64,000 nucleotides of DNA from an uncultured virus (IMG/VR IMGVR_UViG_3300021598_001639) (IMGVR_UViG_3300021598_001639), one strand, 5' to 3'. Positions 32,041-41,837 are shown, counted from the stretch's first letter. The notes: generated by a model from the sequence alone, not told the origin. Program-made: numbers and translations.

Positions 32041-32265
32041 TTTCTTTGTGTTTGTTGTAGATTTTTCTTTTGCAGTTGATAAAACATTAACATTCGTTAA
32101 TATCTAAGGGTATCAACTCCCTATTTGGGGTAGCACTTTATCCGGTACAACGGTATCTACAAGTTAAATTGGCCTGTAGTCGCTCTCTAATTTTAGAATT
32201 GGGCGAAAAATTTGAAAAATTTCTATAATTTATGCTATCATATAAAAAACAGCCGGAGATTTCCA

Positions 32266-32550
32266 ATGTTTGTCAAAAATTTTGAGTTCAATAAACATTC
32301 CGACTCTATCCATCTACATTTAGAAGTTTATACAACTTGTGAGACCAGTTGGGACTATTGGATTGACCTTCATCCATTTGATGGCGACAATCCCGATGTT
32401 TTTATTTTTGATTTTCCTTTGATTCTTTCCAATATGGTAGAAGCAGTGGTTTTTGATTTTGAAAAATTAAAAAACCGTAGCTTAAACATTAAAGAACAAG
32501 CAACTTTGGTTAAATTTTTGCTTGCTCTTCAATGTTTGACTATTTATTAG
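32266..32550 (+). CDS. Hypothetical protein
   Basis: RBS GGAG plus ATG 32266; own sigma70-like promoter. Confidence 0.55.
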   Translation: MFVKNFEFNKHSDSIHLHLEVYTTCETSWDYWIDLHPFDGDNPDVFIFDFPLILSNMVEAVVFDFEKLKNRSLNIKEQATLVKFLLALQCLTIY

Positions 32551-33167
32551 TCTTCTAAAAACAAATCATCAAGGGTATTCTTTTTACTCTCTTCTTTGGG
32601 GGCTACCGTTGTGTTTTGAGGTTTTAACCCGCTACCTCTTGCTTTAGACGTAGGAGGTACTAGGGTTTTTCCAAAATCGGTTTCTAAAAACTTATCTACA
32701 GCCGTATCCAACGAAACTACAGATTCTCCGCTCTTGACATACCATATACCGTCTTCTTGTTGCAAATTGCCCTCATTCTCTAACTTAAAAGCCTTCAAAG
32801 CAATCCCACTATTTAAAACTTTTTTACCATTCAAAGCACTTAATAGATTGCCGTCCAATTCTTTTAAAAGTAATTTCTTGTCTTTTTCTTCTAACTGCGC
32901 TTTAAAATCTGCAATTTGTCTTTCCAATGCTTTTAAACTTAATTTAGTTTTTTCTTCTTCCTGAACTGGTGCTTTTTCTTCTTCCAAAACTGGCACTTTT
33001 TCTTCTTTAGGTTTTAAACTTTTTATTAGACTACTGACTGTCCCAGAATTTTTTTTGTCCACTTCTTGGAGAATTTCCCCTTTCATTCCCTGTAAACTGG
33101 TCTGGACTTGCTCTAATAGCAAGGATTGAGACTCTTCCAATAATGCCTTTAATTCTTCTAACGTCAT
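32547..33167 (-). CDS. Capsid scaffolding protein
   Basis: E/K-rich coiled coil from MTLEELKALL, C-terminal ARGSG; upstream of MCP. Confidence 0.75.
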   Translation of the reverse strand: MTLEELKALLEESQSLLLEQVQTSLQGMKGEILQEVDKKNSGTVSSLIKSLKPKEEKVPVLEEEKAPVQEEEKTKLSLKALERQIADFKAQLEEKDKKLLLKELDGNLLSALNGKKVLNSGIALKAFKLENEGNLQQEDGIWYVKSGESVVSLDTAVDKFLETDFGKTLVPPTSKARGSGLKPQNTTVAPKEESKKNTLDDLFLED

Positions 33168-33301
33168 ATTTGAGCTTAAATTTAGCTTAATTTTAGATTG
33201 CTCAAATATTTTGAGCGATTTTTCAAAATACCCCTTGACAAAAATTCCAAAATTTGCTATATTGGTTTCAATCAAGTTAAACAGCCACACCTACTATTCT
33301 T

Positions 33302-33688
33302 ATGGAATTAAAAACCGGTGATAAATTATTTGCTCTAGAACGCAGGTTATACTGTGTTGACACCTTCCCTTATGTTTTCGTAGTACACTCAGTTACCCCT
33401 AAACTTGCCTATATTCAACCTTTTGACAATAATGACTACCAACAATCGTCTAAATACACAGTTTATCGTACCTTAGTCTCTCATGAATCCAGATTTATAG
33501 CTAATTGGAGAGGAAAACCTCACCCTGCTTTCTCTTCTAGCTTCGACTATCTGTGGCTATGGGAATTTGAAACTTTAAACAGTTTGTCGCCTTCTAAATC
33601 TAAAGACCTTGTTTTTTCTGAAACTGAACTTAAACTTTTGGAAGTTCAAACATTTAATCAAATTTTGGAGGATTTTTCTGATGTCTAA
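33302..33688 (+). CDS. Hypothetical protein
   Basis: ORF behind TTGACA(33235)-N17-TATATT. Confidence 0.6.
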   Translation: MELKTGDKLFALERRLYCVDTFPYVFVVHSVTPKLAYIQPFDNNDYQQSSKYTVYRTLVSHESRFIANWRGKPHPAFSSSFDYLWLWEFETLNSLSPSKSKDLVFSETELKLLEVQTFNQILEDFSDV

Positions 33689-34106
33689 ATTATTAAATAT
33701 TGGTGACAAAGTTGCAAGTATAGGTTTTGCTGGAAAATCATGTGGGAGCGAATATTTTAATATATTCCATATTGACCATGTATCTGCTAAACGCTGTCGT
33801 GCTTTCTGTACCAATAGCCAAAGACTCAAAGATGTCGTGTTTACCCTCGACCGTACACCTTATTATCAAGACGGCATTGCTTTCTATCATTTTCACGGTT
33901 CTTATGGTGGTGTCGATGCTGTTTTAGTTACTGAGGCTATTCAAAAGCTCTACGAGAACTATTCCCGCATCCTTCGCCTAAAAAAACAGGTAAAAGCCAT
34001 TTACCAATGGTCTGAAAATCTTTCTTTGCACACTACTACCGATTTATCTGTTATAATCAAAGCAATCAACACAATCGATTCTTTGATTAAACCAAAAAAA
34101 AAATGA
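33681..34106 (+). CDS. Hypothetical protein, distantly similar to 33302-33688
   Basis: RBS GGAGG plus ATG 33681; LNIGDKV...IDHVSAKR vs LKTGDKL...VHSVTPKL. Confidence 0.6.
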   Translation: MSKLLNIGDKVASIGFAGKSCGSEYFNIFHIDHVSAKRCRAFCTNSQRLKDVVFTLDRTPYYQDGIAFYHFHGSYGGVDAVLVTEAIQKLYENYSRILRLKKQVKAIYQWSENLSLHTTTDLSVIIKAINTIDSLIKPKKK

Positions 34107-34735
34107 CTAACCATACTCTAACCCTATCTGCTTGTCTAAGCTCAATTGACTTAGTTCAAATTCCCAATGCAAATTTTAATTTTGGGAAATATCCAGTGAC
34201 TCAGGCACAATATCAGTCTGTAATGGGAACCAACCCCTCTTATTTCAAAAACAATCCACAAAATCCAGTAGAACAAGTCAGTTTTGACGACGCTCAAGCT
34301 TTTTGTCAGAAATTAAGTCAAATAACAGGGAAAACCTATCGCCCACCAACGGAAGCCCAATGGGAATATGCTTGTCGGGCTGGTACTACTACTCGCTTTT
34401 ATTATGGCAATGATGCTAATGAGTTAGGAGACTACGCTTGGTATTTCAGAAATTCTCAGGGAACAACCCATCCCGTAGGGCAAAAAAAGCCTAATAATTG
34501 GGGACTTTATGACATGATTGGTAATGTTTGGGAATGGTGCGCTAGTTATGGCGGCGCACCAACAGACGGCAGTGCTTGGATAGAAATTAGCAATAAATCT
34601 TACAAAGATATTGTCGTGCGTCGGGGAGGCTCTTGGGTTAACGATGAAATTAACTGCTATTGCCCCTACCGAGGCTTTCTCCATCACTCCATCTCAGATT
34701 TTAACTATGGTTTTCGGGTAGTCTGTGACAATTAA
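34103..34735 (+). CDS. Formylglycine-generating-enzyme (SUMF1/CLec) domain protein, host-like
   Basis: GKYPVTQAQY, PVEQVS, EAQWEYACRAGT, KKPNNWGLYDMIGNVWEWC, RGGSW...GFRVVC. Confidence 0.92.
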   Translation: MTNHTLTLSACLSSIDLVQIPNANFNFGKYPVTQAQYQSVMGTNPSYFKNNPQNPVEQVSFDDAQAFCQKLSQITGKTYRPPTEAQWEYACRAGTTTRFYYGNDANELGDYAWYFRNSQGTTHPVGQKKPNNWGLYDMIGNVWEWCASYGGAPTDGSAWIEISNKSYKDIVVRRGGSWVNDEINCYCPYRGFLHHSISDFNYGFRVVCDN

Positions 34736-34753
34736 TTACTAATTAGCTATTTA

Positions 34754-34924
34754 TCAGTTATCATTCGCTTGACTCATCATGATAAAATTATCAATCTCAT
34801 CGTCCATTGTTGGCGCAAAGTCTTCTTCATCTTTTTTGTTAATGGCAATCACTGTCACTAAAAACATACCAAACAAAACGATAAAAAAACCTAAAATCAA
34901 GCCAGTTAATAAAATTAATTCCAT
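34754..34924 (-). CDS. Small single-TM protein (56 aa)
   Basis: Manual translation MELILLTGLILGFFIVLFGMFLVTVIAINKKDEED... Confidence 0.45.
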   Translation of the reverse strand: MELILLTGLILGFFIVLFGMFLVTVIAINKKDEEDFAPTMDDEIDNFIMMSQANDN

Positions 34925-34993
34925 TTTTTTTTATCCTTAAAAAAGAGCCAATCCCCTACAGAATTGGCTTTTTGAGAAAAACACAGGAGCAAA

Positions 34994-35293
34994 CTAAGCT
35001 GTAAGTTTAGTCACACAGGCGCTAACAAAACTAGCAGGAGTAGTGACCCCAGCACCAGCCGCAACAGCCTGAATAGCATTTGCAAAAGCGGTATCTTTAA
35101 GAGCAAATTCAAGAATAGCTAAAATAGCATCTCGTTGCAATAATTGGTCAGCATTTGCCGAACCATTAATATTGTAACCATAGGTTGCCCGGAGAATATC
35201 TACACCACTATTTACATATTGGGGGTCAAGTAGATAGCTACCACTGGCTGGATTTGCTCCCCCTTTGACTGCGGGGGTATAAACTAAAGGCAT
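34994..35293 (-). CDS. Capsid cement/decoration protein (Mic1 gp47-like)
   Basis: MPLVYTPAVKGGANPASGSYLLDPQYVNSGVDI... recognised from the Mic1 cement protein; terminator hairpin 34939-34973. Confidence 0.8.
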   Translation of the reverse strand: MPLVYTPAVKGGANPASGSYLLDPQYVNSGVDILRATYGYNINGSANADQLLQRDAILAILEFALKDTAFANAIQAVAAGAGVTTPASFVSACVTKLTA

Positions 35294-35381
35294 ATTTGAA
35301 TCACCTACTTTAAAAAATAACGTGGAATTTGGGGTAAACGTCTAAACGTTTCGCACCTACATATCAATTTGGGCGATTTTA

Positions 35382-35870
35382 TCAATCTGTCCACCAAGAT
35401 ATTGGCAAATCCCCTTCTATTTCTTCACCATCAATTGTTGGTTCATATTTTCCAGTTAAATATGGGGAATCTCCTAAACTATACGGCAATCTGCATTGAG
35501 CTTTTGTTTCCGTATCCATACGATGTTCTGTGTATATTTTCGTACTATTTGGGTTTAATTGGTCATCTAACGACATTAACAATAATTCCTGTTTATGTTC
35601 TTTATACCAATCAGAAACCTCCTTTAATTGTTTTCCTTTTAATTTGGTCAAGTGTTCTTTTATGATTCCATGCACCGTACCCTCATCTGCCCTATACTTT
35701 GTATAGATTTTTCCATACCTATTTTTAAATCTGTCTCTTAATGTTGTCCACGGGATTCCATATCTTTCAGCTAAACTTCTAACCGATACTCCCCCTAGCT
35801 TATAGATTTCAAACAACGTTTCTGTCTGTGTTTTGATTTCTTCTTTGGTTTTATTTGTTTTTGCTTTCAT
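35382..35870 (-). CDS. HTH DNA-binding protein
   Basis: GVSVRSLAERYGIPWTTLRDRFK (psq-type HTH). Confidence 0.7.
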   Translation of the reverse strand: MKAKTNKTKEEIKTQTETLFEIYKLGGVSVRSLAERYGIPWTTLRDRFKNRYGKIYTKYRADEGTVHGIIKEHLTKLKGKQLKEVSDWYKEHKQELLLMSLDDQLNPNSTKIYTEHRMDTETKAQCRLPYSLGDSPYLTGKYEPTIDGEEIEGDLPISWWTD

Positions 35871-36021
35871 CGAAAAAATTACCTCAACTGTGACACCTAA
35901 ATTTTAAGTTTACATAACTATATTTGTCAAAATCTGTCTTTATTCGCTCAGTTAACCCCTTTAATAGTTAACCTTAAATCTATTCCTGAACAAGTGTGAA
36001 CCCCTTTTTGATACTTAGAAT

Positions 36022-37245
36022 GTGACACCTAACCTGTACTACTCAGTAAAAATCAATAAGATTCAGTCATATCAAGGGTTTTAAATTTTTGGGACAGTTT
36101 AAATACTGTTTAAAAATCAATAAAACCTAATCACAGTATAGGTTTAGTCTGTTTTGTACTATGTAGTGGGGGGGATAACTTTAGGGTATCTAATCAACAC
36201 AGTGGTTTTTCCTCTAAAATGAGAAACAAGTACCTTTTGAGAGTATTTGGAAGCTACGAGTACCTTTAAGTACCTTTGAAGATTTAGTTTCCCAATTAGT
36301 TGTGTTTTGGCGTAGGTCATCTTTTTTAATGTGTTTTCAAGGTTTTGTTCTTTGACCACTCCTTATACTAAACCGTGAAACCCTTACACTGCATAGGTTT
36401 CAGCCAATTTTTACACAAAAATCTGGCATATCTATATATATTATATCTTTTTTTTTTGTTAGGTTAAATGTTTCAAGACCCTAGGGTAATTCCTAGTCTC
36501 GTATCCATGCTTATATCATATACGGTTTTGAGCGAAATGTCAAGAGGTTTTTTAAAGATTTTTCTTTTTCCAAAAGATTTCCCACCCTAAAGCCTTTCTC
36601 AGAGAGGATTTCAACACTTTTAACATTTTTTTCCTTATGTTTTAATATGCTTAACATGGCCTAATAGGGTAAACGTGGTATTGTCTAAGGGGGTTGGAGT
36701 GTGAGGAAGGGGTAGAAAATAGCCCTGTAAACCTTACAGTCTTATTAAGAGAGTGAATATAGCCTAAACGGGTAAAAATGTCTTTAAGGTGTTAAAAAGT
36801 AGCAATTGGAGAAAGACCGAGAGTGAAAGGATTAAAAACGAGTGAACTACTCACAAGAAAGGATAGGCCAGTGGTTTAAGTATTTGTACCTAAGTAATTA
36901 TACCTATCACCCAGTCCTTTAAAGCCCGAACATCAAAAACTTGCAAAGCTTTTTAAAACAAGACAAATTGTTAAAGCTATAAACGAAAGGTACTCAAAGG
37001 TACTTGTAGCTTCCAAATGCTCTCAAAAGGTACGAAAAGCTTTTTTTAGGGGTTTTTCACTGTGTTGATTAGATACCCCTATCATAAAAAAAATAAAGTT
37101 ATCCCCCCCACTACATAGTACAAAACAGACTAAACCTATACTGTGATTAGGTTTTATTGATTTTTAAACAGTATTTAAAATTACAAAACCCTTGATATGA
37201 TTGAGTTTTATTGATTTTCACAAAGTAGTACACTTAAGGTGTCAC
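36022..37245. repeat. Long inverted-repeat element B (non-coding, internal promoter)
   Basis: About 250-bp inverted arms 36022-36278 and 36986-37245 with the same core as element A; minus-strand TTGACA(36543)-N17-TATGAT. Confidence 0.9.
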
Positions 37246-37605
37246 TATAGGACGGAAATACTAAACTACCTAAAAAAAGCTAGACAGCCTATTGAGGCTA
37301 AAATTAAGAAATTAGCTAAGGATTAGACTTGAAGGTTTTGGTGATTGCAACTTAATTGCTAATCTTACTCAAAACTCAAAACCGAAAAAATTGCGTATTT
37401 TTGGGCATTTTACCCTTGAGAAGTGTTTCAGAGCTAATTTGGGTTAGGCTATTAAACCTTATCACAGTATTTTTTTAGTCTTTCATATTCAGATAATGAG
37501 GTACGGACTTTAAGAGTATAATAATTTCTAGGCTTTTTACTTGACATTTCCTGTAAGCTTATGGTATAACTAAATATAGTTTAGCATCTTTTTCTGCCTT
37601 AAGTT

Positions 37606-38067
37606 ATGTCTAATTCTCCAAAAGTACAACTAAATTTTAATGCTCCTGTTTATAGTGTAGCTGGAAAGATTGTCAAAGATCAAGTTGTAGAATTAAAACC
37701 TGAGTATATTGTTAGATTTATTGCAAGGGTTTTTCCTGGTGGAAGCGATTCAGTTATTAAAGAATTGCTTGTAACCGATATTTCAGTCGGGATTACCTCT
37801 GAATTAGCCGAAGAGTCTGATAATTTGTTTTCAACTCATGCTGATGTTCCTAGCCTTCGTGTTTACATCGCACCAGAAATTTTTGAAAAATTTCTTATTA
37901 CTGAAACAGGAACAAATTATAAGGCTCAGACTGTTGACGTGCCAAGACTATTAGAATGCTGGGAAGTATTAGGGTTTCCTCTTTATATTGATACTACTAA
38001 ATTTAACTTTTATAAAGGTTGGGCTATAGGTTTTGGTGTAAAGACTGGTATCCCAAAAAATCTTTAG
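37606..38067 (+). CDS. Hypothetical protein
   Basis: ORF behind TTGACA 37541; N-terminus PKVQLNFNAPVY resembles a cyanobacterial low-complexity linker. Confidence 0.6.
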   Translation: MSNSPKVQLNFNAPVYSVAGKIVKDQVVELKPEYIVRFIARVFPGGSDSVIKELLVTDISVGITSELAEESDNLFSTHADVPSLRVYIAPEIFEKFLITETGTNYKAQTVDVPRLLECWEVLGFPLYIDTTKFNFYKGWAIGFGVKTGIPKNL

Positions 38068-38146
38068 ACTTCTTACCATAAGCTTTCTATCAAGCTTATG
38101 GTATATTTAGATAAGAATAAAAGAAGGTCGACCCATGAGAAAAATA

Positions 38147-38900
38147 TGAGAAAGCAATTATGGTAAAAAGTACCAATAATGCCAGATGAGAGAATTATGA
38201 AAGAAAAATGAGAAAAATATGAAAAAGCAATTATGGTAAAAAGTACCAATAATGCCAGATGAGAGAAATATGAGAGAAAAATGAGAAAAGGGGTGAAAGT
38301 AAAAAGAAGAGATAGAGAGAAAGGAAAGCGGGAGGGTGACACACACAAAGTCGTAAAACCTGAGAATGATAATCATTCTCATTTTACACAAAGTCCTAAA
38401 ACCTGAGAATGATAATCATTCTCATTTTACACAAAGACTCTAAACCTGTGAATACTTTAGTCTACAAATTAAGGGGAGGGCAGGACAGGGATGCCATGAG
38501 TATAAATACCTAGACCACACACACAAAGGCTCAAAACCTGTGACACAAAATTGCAATATGAATGTCACACAAAAGTCATACAATTCAAAACCCTGTGACA
38601 CAAATCACAACCTCCTTGTGATAAAAAGAAATGCAGGGGCAAAATTGGAGTTTGCGCCATGTGTAAGAAAAGCTAAAAAAGAAAAAGAAATGCAGGGGTA
38701 AAAATAGAGTTTGCGCCAATGTAAAAAAAAAAAGCTAAAAAATTAAAAGAAATGCAGGGGTAAAATTGGGGTTCGAGCCACGAGCGAGTAAGAAACAAAA
38801 AAGGTTAGGTTAGGACAGGCATACTATAAGTATAAATACTTAGACCACTTGTAATAAAGGTTAGGACATGGATACTATGAGTATAAATACTTAGACCACT
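38147..38900. repeat. Cluster of four direct-repeat families including Zur/Fur boxes and a CRP box
   Basis: About 47-bp x2 (38147, 38220); 43-bp x2 with TGAGAATGATAATCATTCTCA (38361, 38404); TGTGA-N6-TCACA 38594-38609; AAAGAAATGCAGGGG x3; AGTATAAATAC x3. Confidence 0.85.
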
Positions 38901-39123
38901 AGCTATCACAGGGAAAACCAGATAAAATGATGTTTCTAACCCTATCAAAGAGGGTAAAGGACGAGCTACTGTGAGGTGAAAGACGGTTAAAAAATGGAAT
39001 ATATATATATAGAGGAAAAATAGGAGATGTGTGCCAATTCTGAAAGTGTCCACTAGAGCGGGACAAGTCAAGATAAATAGTGACATAATAGGTACATAGA
39101 GAAAAGACCATAGGAGGTCAAAA

Positions 39124-39453
39124 ATGAAGTACACAGAAATCATAAGCATAATCAGAATCGTAGGATTAAATTGGTACGGGCAGACTTGTGCAATGTTTAA
39201 AGAGTTAAAACGCTATGACGTAGGTAATTTAGAAGACTCAGGATTAAGTGCGGAATTGAGCAAAGAACAAAAAAGAGAGGTAATTGAAGGATGGTTAGCA
39301 AAGAATAGCGGGGATTTTCAAATAATCTTAGACTTTGAAGCTGACATAGAGTTAGGAGATGGGAGTAATGTTACGTTAGATTGGCTAAACGAAGATAGCG
39401 AGTGGGAATATATGGACTGCACGGGTCGTTTAGCCAATCTACCGTGGTTATGA
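39124..39453 (+). CDS. Acidic early protein, family 1
   Basis: RIVGLNWYGQTC paralogous to 39658 and 48174; RBS GGAGG. Confidence 0.75.
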   Translation: MKYTEIISIIRIVGLNWYGQTCAMFKELKRYDVGNLEDSGLSAELSKEQKREVIEGWLAKNSGDFQIILDFEADIELGDGSNVTLDWLNEDSEWEYMDCTGRLANLPWL

Positions 39454-39657
39454 GGATTAGTATAAACCTCAAAAAATCCTGAGAAAACCCCCGAAGTGGT
39501 AATTAAAAAAGACCAAAATAGGGGGTTACATAAAAAAGTAAAGTAACATAGAGAGGACAAAGATATGCCAATTTGAAAAGTGTCACAAACAAGTTGACAA
39601 AGTAGATGAAGGATGCCATAATAGGTACATAAGCAAAGAAACACAGGAGTAACAAAA

Positions 39658-40050
39658 ATGACTTACACAAAGGCACTCGATAACGGGGATGTAACATGGT
39701 TCAGAATACTAGGGCAAGATTGGTTTGGTAAGACTTGTACACTGGACATAGAGTTAAACAAGTATGACATAGGAGAATTAGAAAACTTAGGATTAGGATT
39801 AGGAGAATCCGAAAAAGAAGCGAGAGAGGTGATAAACCAATGGTTGTTGGCCGCCGATATTTATGACCCACAAGGCTTTTGGAATCCTGATTTTAGTTCT
39901 GTAACGGATTATGATTGTCAGATTGAGCTAAGTGATGGAAGTTATTTTAGTCTAGATTGGGAAGACGATACAAACTATGCTAAGTATCGAGAAATAATGC
40001 TTAGTTACCAAGAGGCAATGTATGAAGCAATGTATGGTGATGAGGAATAG
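39658..40050 (+). CDS. Acidic early protein, family 1
   Basis: WFRILGQDWFGKT; own palindrome plus promoter. Confidence 0.78.
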   Translation: MTYTKALDNGDVTWFRILGQDWFGKTCTLDIELNKYDIGELENLGLGLGESEKEAREVINQWLLAADIYDPQGFWNPDFSSVTDYDCQIELSDGSYFSLDWEDDTNYAKYREIMLSYQEAMYEAMYGDEE

Positions 40051-40247
40051 TATAAACCTCAATAAATCCTGAGAACACCCCCGAAAAGGTAATTTAAAAA
40101 TACCAAAATAGGGGGGGGGGTTACATAAAAAAGGAAAGTAACGTAGAGAGAACAAAGATATGCCAATTTGAAAAGTGTCACAAACAAATTGACAAAGAAG
40201 TTAAAGAATGCCATAATAGGTACATAAGCAAAGAAACAGGAGCTAAA

Positions 40248-40556
40248 ATGTCACCGTCACATTCGAGAGAACCGTTAGTAAAGAGATTGTTACCATTAAT
40301 AGTAGAATGGGGTAACAAAACAGTAACAGATCAAGAATTTCTGAGTACCTGTGATAAGTTCTACAAAATTCTAGAGGGTCGCCAGTGTCCACATTGTGGA
40401 AGTTATGATGTGGTAATCAGGGCGTATAAAGAAACAGCTAAGGGAGAGAAATACCCAATGTTTCAATGTAAGGACTGCAAAAGAACCTTTTCAGGGGTCA
40501 AAAAATTTAATGGTAAATTCGGGGACAGTTTAGAATTTGACACACTTGACAAGTAA
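40248..40556 (+). CDS. Zinc-ribbon protein
   Basis: CPHCGS...FQCKDCKRTF (IS1 InsA-like ribbon). Confidence 0.7.
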   Translation: MSPSHSREPLVKRLLPLIVEWGNKTVTDQEFLSTCDKFYKILEGRQCPHCGSYDVVIRAYKETAKGEKYPMFQCKDCKRTFSGVKKFNGKFGDSLEFDTLDK

Positions 40557-40603
40557 TGCAGATTGTGACATAATAGAGACATTAGTAAGTTAGGAGTAAA
40601 TAA

Positions 40604-40939
40604 ATGGAGACTGAAATCACTAAAGTAATATTCCGTAAATGGAATAAGTCGGTGGACAAAGAACAAGGAATTATCGCAATATTCCCTGAAGATATTGGAA
40701 CAATGTCAAGTTATACTTGTAGTGCGTGGGAATGGGTAGGTGAACATGGTGCTTGTGACCCTGCGGAGGTAATCAAAAACTCAAAACCTGCTAAAGAGAT
40801 TGAATACCAAGAAATCAAAAATTACCTAGAAAATCATTACGGGTACAAGTTAGAGGTTAACCAAAGACTACGTTACAATGCCATAGAAATCAGACAACAA
40901 AAAATCCGGGAGATAGGTAATGGACACTCAAAAAACTAA
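40604..40939 (+). CDS. Early protein, family 2
   Basis: KVIFRKW...IIAIFPE...VGEHGAC. Confidence 0.75.
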   Translation: METEITKVIFRKWNKSVDKEQGIIAIFPEDIGTMSSYTCSAWEWVGEHGACDPAEVIKNSKPAKEIEYQEIKNYLENHYGYKLEVNQRLRYNAIEIRQQKIREIGNGHSKN

Positions 40940-41252
40940 AGTAATATTCCGTAAATGGAATAAAGATATAGACCCTAAACAAGGCATAATCGCAATATTC
41001 CCAGAGGAAATAGTATCACTGTCATTCTTAGATTGTGATTCATGGCAAAGAGTCGGAGAATATGGTGATATTAATTCTTGGAGTCCATGCAATCCTGAAG
41101 TAGTAATTAAGGGTTCAAAACTTGCTACTGAAAGTCAATATCTAGAGGACAAAAATTACCTAGAAAATCATTACGGGTATAATCTAAAGGTTCTGAAAAG
41201 AATACCCAGAACTGCCATAAAGGTAAGAAGCAAAAACATAGCCCAATTATAG
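40920..41252 (+). CDS. Early protein, family 2 (tandem paralogue)
   Basis: Shares KVIFRKWNK..QGIIAIFPE..KNYLENHYGY. Confidence 0.72.
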   Translation: MDTQKTKVIFRKWNKDIDPKQGIIAIFPEEIVSLSFLDCDSWQRVGEYGDINSWSPCNPEVVIKGSKLATESQYLEDKNYLENHYGYNLKVLKRIPRTAIKVRSKNIAQL

Positions 41253-41261
41253 GAGGGTATC

Positions 41262-41558
41262 ATGACACAGGACAACAAAAGAAATTACAGCTTTTTGGTT
41301 AAGGTAAGGGATAAGGACGGAAAACTTATTCCGTGCGACGAAACAACTGACAACACACGGATTAGCTTTGACTTAGCTGAGTTGACCGATAAGCAGGTAA
41401 TTTCTCACCTAAAATCAACGGGGAAAACATTAAAGGCTTGGATGCCAGATGATCGAAAAATCGGAATAGATGCTTATGTCTTTGATTCTATTTCAAGGAC
41501 TTATACGCTCCTTTTTTCGTGGTATGATGTGGATGTTGAGAAAGTTGTGAAGCATTAA
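41262..41558 (+). CDS. Hypothetical early protein
   Basis: RBS GGAGG, ORF. Confidence 0.65.
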   Translation: MTQDNKRNYSFLVKVRDKDGKLIPCDETTDNTRISFDLAELTDKQVISHLKSTGKTLKAWMPDDRKIGIDAYVFDSISRTYTLLFSWYDVDVEKVVKH

Positions 41559-41609
41559 TTATCAGGTATCAGTTATCAGTAAAAAACACCCATTAAGAGA
41601 GAAAAAAAC

Positions 41610-41837
41610 ATGACAGAAATTAAGGAATACACTAGAAGACTCACAATCAACCTAGATGTAACATTATCTGCAAAAAGCGAAAAAGAAGCCTTAGAATTGT
41701 TTGAAAATATCTACCCGCTTATCAGTTTAAGCTATATGGACATAGAGTTAAACAGGTATGACATAGAGGATGAGATACCTGAACTCATTGATTGGGATAC
41801 TCATATCGACACAGCCGATTGGGAGATAGAGGATTAA
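41610..41837 (+). CDS. Acidic early protein, family 3
   Basis: KEYT..L.I...V.AK..KEA...WEIED, paralogue of 42536. Confidence 0.65.
   Translation: MTEIKEYTRRLTINLDVTLSAKSEKEALELFENIYPLISLSYMDIELNRYDIEDEIPELIDWDTHIDTADWEIED

Noticed and set aside
34103..34735. Complete diversity-generating retroelement
   Set aside because: No reverse transcriptase, Avd or template repeat found in the window
38073..39149. Hydrophobic minus-strand ORFs
   Set aside because: Translations of the A-rich repeat cluster; F/L/I richness is compositional
40248..40556. IS1 element
   Set aside because: Only a zinc ribbon; no DDE domain or terminal inverted repeats
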